Assembly: GCA_964607485.1 (NCBI GenBank)
Contig: CAZSKP010000036.1
Span: 1 to 44,565, forward strand
Direction of reading: 5' to 3'
Length of the DNA stretch: 44,565 bases
DNA from: an uncultured bacterium
Lineage (GTDB): Bacteria; Abyssobacteria; SURF-5
Under the pieces are notes generated by a model. The model searched no databases, was not told the origin of the DNA, and worked only from the letters and a program-made list of their open reading frames with translations. Shown in pieces: positions 1 through 7,669 of this stretch; positions within the stretch are counted from its first letter, which is position 1; each line of letters opens with the position of its first letter. The translations under genes were made by a program, and so were the position numbers.

Positions 1-164
1 AATCCCTCGCGAATGCTTGCTATGCCGGCTTCCTTGATCTCGTCAGGGATGTCGAAGTCGGGCTGGCCGATGCTCAGGTTGACGGGGTCTTTGAGCTTGG
101 CCGCGAGGTCGAACACCTTTCGAATGCCCGACGAGTCGATGAGTTTCATTCTGTTCGCGATCAT
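1..164 (-). CDS. PLP-dependent aminotransferase class I/II (5' part, runs off window)
   Basis: Manual translation MIANRMKLIDSSGIRKVFDLAAKLKDPVNLSIGQPDFDIP; typical AspAT-like N-terminus; absent from ORF track. Confidence 0.85.
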   Translation of the reverse strand, partial: MIANRMKLIDSSGIRKVFDLAAKLKDPVNLSIGQPDFDIPDEIKEAGIASIREG

Positions 165-213
165 GCGTTCATCCGTGAGAAGCTTCGAATTTGACTCAGG
201 GAAAGTGGGGCAG

Positions 214-242
214 ATTATAACAAACCTGCCGGATTAAGTCAA
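214..242 (-). promoter_or_regulatory. sigma70-type promoter of aminotransferase
   Basis: TTGACT-N17-TATAAT on minus strand. Confidence 0.6.
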
Positions 243-306
243 AGTCTTGAGGGTTATTTCGTCAAGGCGTTTCCGCAACGGACGGCTTTGGTTGGGCATG
301 GCCGGT

Positions 307-1470
307 TCAACGCTTCTTCGGCCTCATCCCGAACAGAAACCGTGTCGCACTAAACCGCTTGACAACGAAGTCGTACAGCGCAAGCGTCGCGACGAATGAG
401 GCCGTGCTGATCAGCAGAAATTTTGCCAACACGCCCATGTTCCACTGAACGACATAGAATCCGATCAACAGAATGACCGTTTGATGAAGTATATAGAATG
501 GCAGGACCGCTTCGTTGGCGTATTCGAGCCCTCTGTTGCGGAAGTCTAGGAACTTCATGCACAGGCTCAGGATGAACACGATCCAGCACCACGTGTCGAG
601 ACTGGCCAAAAGTTGCAGTGCGATGAACGGTGCCGAGTAGCTGGGATTATCCATCACACTCTTCAGGTCCCCGGCGAAATACCAGACCGCCATGATTGAG
701 AAGCACACGCTCCCGATCAGCAGCGCGACGGTCCCGTGTTTCTCGATAGCCCGCTCGAACCGTTTATCGGAAAAGACGACGTAGCCGCTTATGAAGAATA
801 CGCCATAGTAAAAGAACTCAGCCCAGTTGGATTCCCCGGGAAACTTGGCGCGGAGCGCTACCTGCACGACGGCAATGGGGATGACAAAGAGGAAGACACC
901 TCCCCACTTTTCGTTGACCGCGGCGAATTGAGAGATGATGCGCCGGCCGGCTTCTTTCTTCAGGTAGAGGAGAAGTGGAAGCGCAGCCAGGGAGATGAAG
1001 AAGAGGAGGCCAATGAACCAGAGATGGTGACCGTAGTAGCCCAGGAAGCTGAAATTCCAGGCGATGTAGTCAAACCTGAAGCGGTCGCGGTAGAAGTCGA
1101 GGTACGAGCCATTGAACGTCCCATGGCTCAAGGCCTCGACGTATTTCTGGGGCGGGATGATAATGAATATTCCCATGATGTAGGGGATTGCAAGCCGCTT
1201 GAACCTGTCAGTTACGTATCGGCCTCTGCTCTTGTAGCGGAGCGCAAACAGCGTGGCCGCACCCGACACGAAGAAGAAGATAGGCATGATCCACTGCCAC
1301 GTAAATGCGACGAACATCATGAACCCGATGTAAACCTGTTCGTTCTTGACGTGCCAATCCTCGAAATCGAAGAACCGCGCATTGTGGAAATAGAATACCA
1401 CCAGCATGGCCAGAACCCTCAGCCAATCAACGTAGTGGCATCGTTCGCGGACAGTTCCTATGTCATTCAT
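307..1470 (-). CDS. Acyltransferase family 3 (OpgC/MdoC-like) membrane protein
   Basis: DWLRVLAMLVVFYFH, MPIFFFVSG, RFKRLAIP, HLWF, LPFYILHQ motifs; multiple TM helices. Confidence 0.88.
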   Translation of the reverse strand: MNDIGTVRERCHYVDWLRVLAMLVVFYFHNARFFDFEDWHVKNEQVYIGFMMFVAFTWQWIMPIFFFVSGAATLFALRYKSRGRYVTDRFKRLAIPYIMGIFIIIPPQKYVEALSHGTFNGSYLDFYRDRFRFDYIAWNFSFLGYYGHHLWFIGLLFFISLAALPLLLYLKKEAGRRIISQFAAVNEKWGGVFLFVIPIAVVQVALRAKFPGESNWAEFFYYGVFFISGYVVFSDKRFERAIEKHGTVALLIGSVCFSIMAVWYFAGDLKSVMDNPSYSAPFIALQLLASLDTWCWIVFILSLCMKFLDFRNRGLEYANEAVLPFYILHQTVILLIGFYVVQWNMGVLAKFLLISTASFVATLALYDFVVKRFSATRFLFGMRPKKR

Positions 1471-1517
1471 GCGTTCCGCTCCATCAGCCGCTCAGTTCTC
1501 CAAAGCGCTGCGAGAGG

Positions 1518-2696
1518 TCATGCCGGCATTGACGGGACCGACTGGGCAATCGTGACCTGTCGCTTCTTCATCTTCATCCCGAACAGGAACCGCAACATGT
1601 TGACGCGCCGGACCGTTAAGTCGTACACGGCAATGATGATAATGAACGAAGACATGCTCAACAGCAGGTATTTCACCATCACGCCTGCGTCCCAGTCGGC
1701 GATAAAGAAGCCGATGGTCACAATGACGGTCTGGTGCAGTATGTAGAACGGCAGGACCGCCTCGTTGGCGTATTTCAACGCGCGGTTATCGAAGTCGAGG
1801 TGCCTGCTCCCGAAGCCGAGTATCGCGACGAGCCAACACCATGAGTTGAATGCGCGGAGAAACGAAAACGAATATTCATAAGAAGAGAATCCCGACTGAA
1901 TCAGCAGATACCCCACGCTCGTCGCAATTACGCCCATCGCGAGGGCGCTCATGCGATGTCTTTCCAGCGTCGGCCTGAACTGCGCATCGGTCGCGAGCAC
2001 GTAGCCCGATACGAAGAAGGACATGTGCGAGAGGATGTTCCATCCGCCCCAGGCTCTCACACCGATGCCGTCCGGTTGCAGGTTCCCGAGTATTTCCATC
2101 AGAGCGAGAGGAAGGGCAAGGAGAAAGATGCCGCCCGGCTTGTTCAGGAAGGCCACCGCGCCCGACGTCCTTCTGCGCGTTGCGTCCTTTCTGAGCCAAA
2201 GAAAGAACGGCAGCAATAGCAGGGAGAAAATGAAAAGCATTTCCAGGTACCACAGGTGGAGTCCCATCCATGCGAAGTTGCCGCCGAATCCGTAGAACCC
2301 GTCAAAATAATGGGGGAAGAACTCGAAGAACGAGCCGGAAAACTGCCCGTGGCTCACCCGCTCGATGTAAACCTGCAAAGGTATTTGCGTGAATATTCCG
2401 AACATGAGAGGGACCACGAGTCGTTTGACTCTGGCCCAAAGGTATCTCCCCGCCCTCAGGTAGCTGAGTGCGTAACAGGAACTCATACCGGAAAGCACGA
2501 AGAAGAGCGGCATGATCCATTGGCTCACCACCCCGACGAATACGGTCATCCCGAAGCTCAGTTGGTTATTCTTTGCATGCCAGTCCTCTTGGTCGAAGAA
2601 CCGGGCGCAGTGAAAGAGGAATACCATGAGCATTCCCAACACTCTCACCCAGTCTATGTCGTGACGCCGCGCGGGAATGCTATGAGCCTTGAGCAC
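1518..2696 (-). CDS. Acyltransferase family 3 (OpgC/MdoC-like) membrane protein, paralog
   Basis: RRHDIDWVRV, MPLFFVLSG, RVKRLVVP, HLWYL, YANEAVLPFYILHQ; GGAGAGG RBS. Confidence 0.88.
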   Translation of the reverse strand: MLKAHSIPARRHDIDWVRVLGMLMVFLFHCARFFDQEDWHAKNNQLSFGMTVFVGVVSQWIMPLFFVLSGMSSCYALSYLRAGRYLWARVKRLVVPLMFGIFTQIPLQVYIERVSHGQFSGSFFEFFPHYFDGFYGFGGNFAWMGLHLWYLEMLFIFSLLLLPFFLWLRKDATRRRTSGAVAFLNKPGGIFLLALPLALMEILGNLQPDGIGVRAWGGWNILSHMSFFVSGYVLATDAQFRPTLERHRMSALAMGVIATSVGYLLIQSGFSSYEYSFSFLRAFNSWCWLVAILGFGSRHLDFDNRALKYANEAVLPFYILHQTVIVTIGFFIADWDAGVMVKYLLLSMSSFIIIIAVYDLTVRRVNMLRFLFGMKMKKRQVTIAQSVPSMPA

Positions 2697-2751
2697 GTTT
2701 CCTCTCCCAATAATTGAAATCTATCAGAACCATGCGTCCATCCCGCACTCG

Positions 2752-3450
2752 TTACGTTCTAAGGCCGGCCACAAAAATGGAAATCAGGTCGGGCAGCGTT
2801 TCCGACTTCGAGAATAGCGGCACGGCCGTTCCGCCCAACTGCTTGAAACCGAACCAGGCCAACGATTCCAGCATGAAGCGGGCCGTCGCCGGGACGGAAT
2901 GCAGGGGCCGGATCGCTCCCATCCGTATTCGAACGGTGAGATACTCCTCAAGTTGGCGCAACGCCTGCCTGCGCGCGTACCGGTCATAGACGTCCGCCAA
3001 CTCCGGAAACTCGAAGGCCGATTTTTCCAGGATGACAATCTGGATGCGATTCCTCTCGCATATGTCCCAAAACTCCCCCAGTATCTCCGCAATCTCATGA
3101 GTCAAATCAATGTCCTTGGCACCCTTCCTCAGAAAGGCCTGGATGCTGCTGATCCGGCTGCCCTTTTTCAGACGCCTCCTCAATAATTCGAGAAGCTCTC
3201 CCTCGCTCATCGAGGATGCAGTTTCAGGAGGAGGCAGCTTCCCATTCCCATAGGGAGTGCCGTTCTCCAATACGTAGTGAAAGAGTCGCGCCTTGCTCTT
3301 GAAATAGTAGTAGAGCGTCGCTTTGGAGACCGCTGCCTCGGCGGCAATTTCCTCCATCTGGGCCAATCTGTATCCCTTGCGACTGAACACATCGATGGCC
3401 GCTCCGACGATATCGGGGATCCGATTATCCGGGGTCACTCGTGGCGACAT
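2752..3450 (-). CDS. TetR/AcrR family transcriptional regulator
   Basis: HTH AAIDVFSRKGYRLAQMEEIAAEAAVSKATLYYYFKSK; start moved to ATG 3450 behind AAGGAGG. Confidence 0.9.
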   Translation of the reverse strand: MSPRVTPDNRIPDIVGAAIDVFSRKGYRLAQMEEIAAEAAVSKATLYYYFKSKARLFHYVLENGTPYGNGKLPPPETASSMSEGELLELLRRRLKKGSRISSIQAFLRKGAKDIDLTHEIAEILGEFWDICERNRIQIVILEKSAFEFPELADVYDRYARRQALRQLEEYLTVRIRMGAIRPLHSVPATARFMLESLAWFGFKQLGGTAVPLFSKSETLPDLISIFVAGLRT

Positions 3451-3524
3451 CTGGAGCCTCCTTCGCGGGCGCCCGCTTGGCCATTGTTGGGATTCAACGT
3501 TGAGGTCACGGGAATCCGCGCCCA

Positions 3525-3559
3525 CATATAATTAACTAACTCGGTTAGTTATTTATATG
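3525..3559. promoter_or_regulatory. Palindromic operator, probably bound by the adjacent TetR
   Basis: CATATAATTAACTAAC-TCG-GTTAGTTATTTATATG: 16-bp arms, one mismatch. Confidence 0.7.
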
Positions 3560-3585
3560 CTACCACCACACACGCCTTCTGTCAA
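3557..3585 (-). promoter_or_regulatory. sigma70-type promoter of tetR operon
   Basis: TTGACA-N17-TAGCAT with extended TG, overlapping the operator. Confidence 0.6.
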
Positions 3586-3730
3586 GAGAAAAAGTGAGGG
3601 TGTCTGTTCAGCCGCCCATTCCATAGAAAACGGCGCTCTATTCCAAAAAACGGCGGATTTCGGCTCATAACGCCGTTCGTAGGCCAGGGAACGCAGTCGT
3701 TCACCAGTGGTCGGACCATGCGCGCAAGAC

Positions 3731-3766
3731 AAAAGAAAAGCGCGCCGCAACCATCGGCGGCGCGCT
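3731..3766 (-). terminator. Intrinsic terminator after coiled-coil lipoprotein gene
   Basis: AGCGCGCCGC-loop8-GCGGCGCGCT followed by TTTCTTTT on minus strand. Confidence 0.7.
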
Positions 3767-3791
3767 CGGTGGAGGTCTCCAAAGAGGGTGC

Positions 3792-4490
3792 TCAGGCGTC
3801 TTCGTCTTTAGGCTTTTCGGGCTCCGGCTCCTGTTTTTCCTTCTCCCCCTCTTCCTCTTCCTTTTTCTCCTCTTCCTCTTTCTCTTCTTCTTCCTTCTGT
3901 TCTTCCTCGGGCTCTTCGGTTGTGGAAGGAGCAGGGGCGTAAACCGCTTGCTGGCGCCTTATCGCGGCCAGCCTTTCTTCTTCCTCACGCTCCAATCGCC
4001 GCCTCCTGATGGCGACGTAGAGGAGCAGCGCGACGATAAGCAGAATGATAATGATGAGGACCGTGGTCGTGTCTGCAAATCCTGTGGGAGGCTTTTTTCG
4101 GCTCGGCTCCTTTGCCTCGTAAAGTTCTCGGAGCGTTGACGCCGACCCTTGGATCGCCGAGAGTTTCTGGTCCAGCTTGTCGGCCTTTTCTCTCAGGTCG
4201 TTTGCCTGCACTTCCAGCGCGTCGGCCTTTTGCCTGAGCGAGTCGGCTTGCCCGAGCAGGTCGTCCGCCGACTTGCGCAGGGTTTGCGCGTCGCGCGAGA
4301 GTTCGTCGGCAGCGTTTGCCAGAGCGAGCGGTTCGTCCTTCAGCTCGTCTGCTTCCTTTACGATCCGGTTGATGGCGACCTGCGTGCTCAAAGTCTTTTG
4401 GCTCTTCGTTGCTTTTTTCTCCCCGCATGCTGCGACACTGAGAGACGCCATGAGCAAGAGCGACAGGACAATCCATAATCTTCTCGACAT
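3792..4490 (-). CDS. Putative lipoprotein with heptad coiled coil, TM helix and Glu/Lys-rich tail
   Basis: MSRRLWIVLSLLLMASLSVAAC lipobox; AxxLxxx heptads; VLIIIILLIVALLLYVAI TM followed by RRRR; GAGAGG RBS. Confidence 0.75.
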   Translation of the reverse strand: MSRRLWIVLSLLLMASLSVAACGEKKATKSQKTLSTQVAINRIVKEADELKDEPLALANAADELSRDAQTLRKSADDLLGQADSLRQKADALEVQANDLREKADKLDQKLSAIQGSASTLRELYEAKEPSRKKPPTGFADTTTVLIIIILLIVALLLYVAIRRRRLEREEEERLAAIRRQQAVYAPAPSTTEEPEEEQKEEEEKEEEEKKEEEEGEKEKQEPEPEKPKDEDA

Positions 4491-4666
4491 CGGCAAAACC
4501 ATCCTCTCTGAAGCGAGAGCCTCCGAACAGGAAATGAGGCCCAGTTGTGGGATTTTGCGAGTTCTCAGACAACCTCGCAGGTACACGGAACCTGCATTAA
4601 GAAAGACGGCCTTCTTGATTGGGAGCCCTCGCGTCGTCGGCTCTTTGTCGACGGTTGGCCGAAAAA

Positions 4667-4695
4667 ACTCTAGCAAAATTCGCAAGAATTGTCAA
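4667..4695 (-). promoter_or_regulatory. Promoter of lipoprotein gene
   Basis: TTGACA-N17-TAGAGT. Confidence 0.55.
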
Positions 4696-4733
4696 ATCCG
4701 ACGAACCTCCCTGGAGGCCGGTTTTTCGGCAGG

Positions 4734-4763
4734 TTGACACGCTGTCGCCGACGGAAATATAAT
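4734..4763 (+). promoter_or_regulatory. Consensus sigma70 promoter
   Basis: TTGACA-N18-TATAAT. Confidence 0.7.
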
Positions 4764-4809
4764 GGAAAATAGCTGGAAGTTGACCCCGCACCAAGGAGGT
4801 TTTTCGGAA

Positions 4810-5118
4810 ATGTATGAAAAGGGAACCGCCGTCAGGGTGACGCTGGACATCAGCAGTGCCGGCCTGAAAGAACTGGAATTCGTCGGCAGGGTTGTGATTG
4901 ACGCCACCGACTTCATGGCTATTCAGTTTGACACCGTAATTATTCCCAAGGTGGAAATCAAGGCGGCCGAACCGCTCCCCGACAAGCCTCTTGAGGAAGT
5001 GCTCGGTACGGAGATAGCGCGATCCGACGGAGTGGAAAGGCCGAAACCGCCCAAGGTGGAAAACGTCAGGTTCTTGGCCGAGCAGTCCGGCGCCGGGATG
5101 AAGAAACCGGGGAAATGA
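4810..5118 (+). CDS. Small hypothetical protein, predicted beta-rich (PilZ-like or Sm-like)
   Basis: AAGGAGG RBS before ATG 4810; GTAVRVTLDISSAG...FVGRVV...MAIQF; Pro/Lys-rich tail. Confidence 0.7.
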   Translation: MYEKGTAVRVTLDISSAGLKELEFVGRVVIDATDFMAIQFDTVIIPKVEIKAAEPLPDKPLEEVLGTEIARSDGVERPKPPKVENVRFLAEQSGAGMKKPGK

Positions 5119-5164
5119 CCGGACGCCGCCCGGACCGCAGCGGGGTCGTCTTCCCCCGCCCGCT

Positions 5165-5329
5165 CTAGCTTTTCTTGGAAGTCACCGCGAAGAACCCGGT
5201 GACCAGCTTTTCCGTTTTTTTGCTTCCGCACTTCGGGCACTTAGGCCTGCCCTTTTCCAGCTCGCTGACGGTCATCTTCAAGGAGAATTTCTTTTTGCAA
5301 GCGCCACATCTGTACTCGTAGACTGGCAT
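5165..5329 (-). CDS. FmdB family zinc-ribbon regulatory protein (54 aa)
   Basis: Manual translation MPVYEYRCGACKKKFSLKMTVSELEKGRPKCPKCGSKKTEKLVTGFFAVTSKKS; GGAGGGAG RBS. Confidence 0.9.
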   Translation of the reverse strand: MPVYEYRCGACKKKFSLKMTVSELEKGRPKCPKCGSKKTEKLVTGFFAVTSKKS

Positions 5330-5500
5330 ATCTTACTCCCTCCTCGAATCACGGACACTGTTTGTTCCTGAGTGCCTGCAAGAAAAACTCGCGAACTTGC
5401 GCCGAGGGCGCGGATGGAATAATATTATATTCGAACGGCTGGATTTTTCAAGGCTTTTCTCGCTGAGTTCCGGGCCGTCGGGAGGGGGTTGTTTTTTTCG

Positions 5501-5529
5501 TTGAAATTGACGGAGCGGGGTTATATAAT
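5501..5529 (+). promoter_or_regulatory. sigma70-type promoter
   Basis: TTGAAA-N17-TATAAT. Confidence 0.55.
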
Positions 5530-5550
5530 CTGGCAGAAAAAGGCGTCACG

Positions 5551-6075
5551 GTGACAGCAGTGGAACTTATCTCAAAATCGTCGGTCAAAAAGATCACGAG
5601 GAAACTCGCGACTCAGACGACGCACCAGATGTCGCTCGAAGCGGCGCGCTTCAATCGCGAGCAGCCTCTGCTGGCGTCTTTTCTTTCTGCCTTCGTCTCC
5701 GAGCTTCCCGGCCAGGCCCAGGACCTCACCCTTTATCTGGCGTATCTCATGTGGCGTATATTCGAGGCGGGCGGGGCGCGTGTGGAGCCGGTCTCGGCAA
5801 GCATCATTCTCGATCATATCCAGGAGAACTGGCTCTTCATCGAACGGTTCGTGCAGATGACCCGGAGCGAAACCGGAAGCTACCTGAGCGAGATTGATTT
5901 TCTCTGTCAACCTCACATCCTCGACTATGTCGCCGGAGTGATTTTCGAGGAAGGCAGGCAGAGCAAGATCGCGGAACATCACATGGGCTACATGATTTTC
6001 GTCCTCAAGACGGTCCTCGACTCGCTCGACGCGGCTTCGAGTGAAAAGCGCCACCAGAGCGGGAGGCGCTTGTGA
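5551..6075 (+). CDS. Hypothetical helical protein
   Basis: 174-aa ORF with protein-like composition downstream of a promoter. Confidence 0.7.
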   Translation: MTAVELISKSSVKKITRKLATQTTHQMSLEAARFNREQPLLASFLSAFVSELPGQAQDLTLYLAYLMWRIFEAGGARVEPVSASIILDHIQENWLFIERFVQMTRSETGSYLSEIDFLCQPHILDYVAGVIFEEGRQSKIAEHHMGYMIFVLKTVLDSLDAASSEKRHQSGRRL

Positions 6076-6119
6076 ACCGAATCGCTGTCGCGTTCTGAGA
6101 GGGTTCTGCCTCAACCTGC

Positions 6120-7103
6120 GTGAAACTATTGAAGAAGACAGAGACCCGCAAGGACATGCATTGGGCAAGGTGGGTCGTCCTGTGCCTTGCCGGTTTTTTT
6201 TTGCTCTCGTGCGTCGCTCTCTTGATAATACGCCCCTATAAGCGGCTCGGGCGACTGGCGGGCGAAATGGTGTCCCGTTACGGCCCGCCAGGCGTCACCG
6301 TCAACGGAATCGACGTCAGCTTTCCCTCCAGAATCGTGCTGACCAACCTCTCTTTTCCGGTTCGGGTACACAAGCGCCAGAGGCAGGTTTCCTTCGAAAA
6401 ACTCTCCGGCACGGTCTCGATTCCTTCGCTCCTGCGCGGCAGGCCGGCAGCCGAAATGAACAGCGACTTCTTCGGGGGAATGCTCTGGCTGAGGGTTCAC
6501 TCCAAGGCTCTGCAGGGGAGCGCCGCGGGTTATTCGTCCTCTGTTGCCTTCGAGGCGAGGGCGAGGAGGTTGGACATCTCGCAACTGTGCGATTTCTTCC
6601 AGGCGCCCATAGCGGCCATCGGCCGGTGCGACGCCGATGTGGAAGCCGAGCTGGATGAACGGTACCCGGCGGGCTTGAACGGCCAGGCGCTCGTCCTGGG
6701 TGAGAGCGTTGAAATTCCTCCGGTCGAGATTGAAATGCTTATTCTTCCCACAAACAGCGAGACCGCATTTACCGCCGCGCTTTCTGCCAAGGACGGAAAG
6801 GTGTTCATCGACAGCTTTCAATTCGAGGGTACGGCCTATGAGTTGTCGGGAAACGGAACGATCGACCTCTCCGAGCCGGTGGAACAAAGCCCGATCGATT
6901 GTTCTTTCTCGGTTCTTTTCAAAGAACACCCCACCGTGACCGACGAGACTCTCATCGGCAAGGGCGCCGAACACGTTGTGGACGCGCTCGTCACGAGTCG
7001 GAGCAGAATGTTTTTCCGGCTGGTGGGGACTCTGAAGGAGCCCGAGGCACTGTTCGATTCCGCATCTTCGCTCAGCGCCATGATCCAACAGTCCAATCGC
7101 TGA
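6120..7103 (+). CDS. Type II secretion protein N (GspN)-like protein
   Basis: N-terminal TM then PY..L, beta-rich body, SLLRGR, FFGG, LSGNGTI, FRLVGTLKEP C-terminal motif; start uncertain. Confidence 0.6.
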   Translation: MKLLKKTETRKDMHWARWVVLCLAGFFLLSCVALLIIRPYKRLGRLAGEMVSRYGPPGVTVNGIDVSFPSRIVLTNLSFPVRVHKRQRQVSFEKLSGTVSIPSLLRGRPAAEMNSDFFGGMLWLRVHSKALQGSAAGYSSSVAFEARARRLDISQLCDFFQAPIAAIGRCDADVEAELDERYPAGLNGQALVLGESVEIPPVEIEMLILPTNSETAFTAALSAKDGKVFIDSFQFEGTAYELSGNGTIDLSEPVEQSPIDCSFSVLFKEHPTVTDETLIGKGAEHVVDALVTSRSRMFFRLVGTLKEPEALFDSASSLSAMIQQSNR

Positions 7104-7316
7104 CCCCACGCTTTGCCCTCCCATTTCGCCCACCCTCGTGCTCCCACGTGAGACACCGCTCTTCAAAATGGAGCATTAATATGAGGCAGGCAGGAGTCTT
7201 AGATTCCCGGTCGATTTCCTAAGTCGTTGGCAATTAACGTTGTGCGAAATAGCGGTATTTTGGCACACGGATTGCTTTTGAGGCTTATGAGATTGTATAT
7301 GGAGGTGCGGGATGGC

Positions 7317-7511
7317 ATGAAGAAGTTCTACTACATAGCTCTCAAGAACGGGAAAACGAGCGAGGGGATCATCCGGTCCGAATCCATCGACTCGGCGCGC
7401 CGCGAGCTGGCGCAGCAGGGGATGGAGGAGGTAAACGTCGCGATTCTTCGCTCTGACAGCGTCGATTTCATTGATTTGAACGACAACCTCGAAGGGAGTG
7501 CGAGCTGCTAG
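7317..7511 (+). CDS. 64-aa protein resembling the N-terminal domain of PilC/GspF
   Basis: GGAGGT RBS; FYYIALKNGKTSEGIIRSESIDSARRELAQQGM; terminator downstream. Confidence 0.6.
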   Translation: MKKFYYIALKNGKTSEGIIRSESIDSARRELAQQGMEEVNVAILRSDSVDFIDLNDNLEGSASC

Positions 7512-7576
7512 CAAGAGCGAGGCGGCACGCGGGATAGACGCCGCGGCGCTAAAGCCGTGCGCACTCTTGTATCGAT

Positions 7577-7619
7577 GACGGGCCGTAGGCCGATGGGCCT
7601 GCGGCTCGTCGCTTTTTTT
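7577..7619 (+). terminator. Intrinsic terminator
   Basis: GACGGGCCGTAGGCC-GATG-GGCCTGCGGCTCGTC followed by T7. Confidence 0.8.
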
Positions 7620-7669
7620 GATTTGAGTGGAGAGAGCAAGAGAGCAAGAGGGAAATACGAGATGACCTT

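Noticed and set aside
736..1746. 336-aa plus-strand ORF
   Set aside because: Antisense shadow of the two acyltransferase genes; no motifs
3830..3910. CT-rich low-complexity tract
   Set aside because: Explained by Glu/Lys codons of the lipoprotein tail
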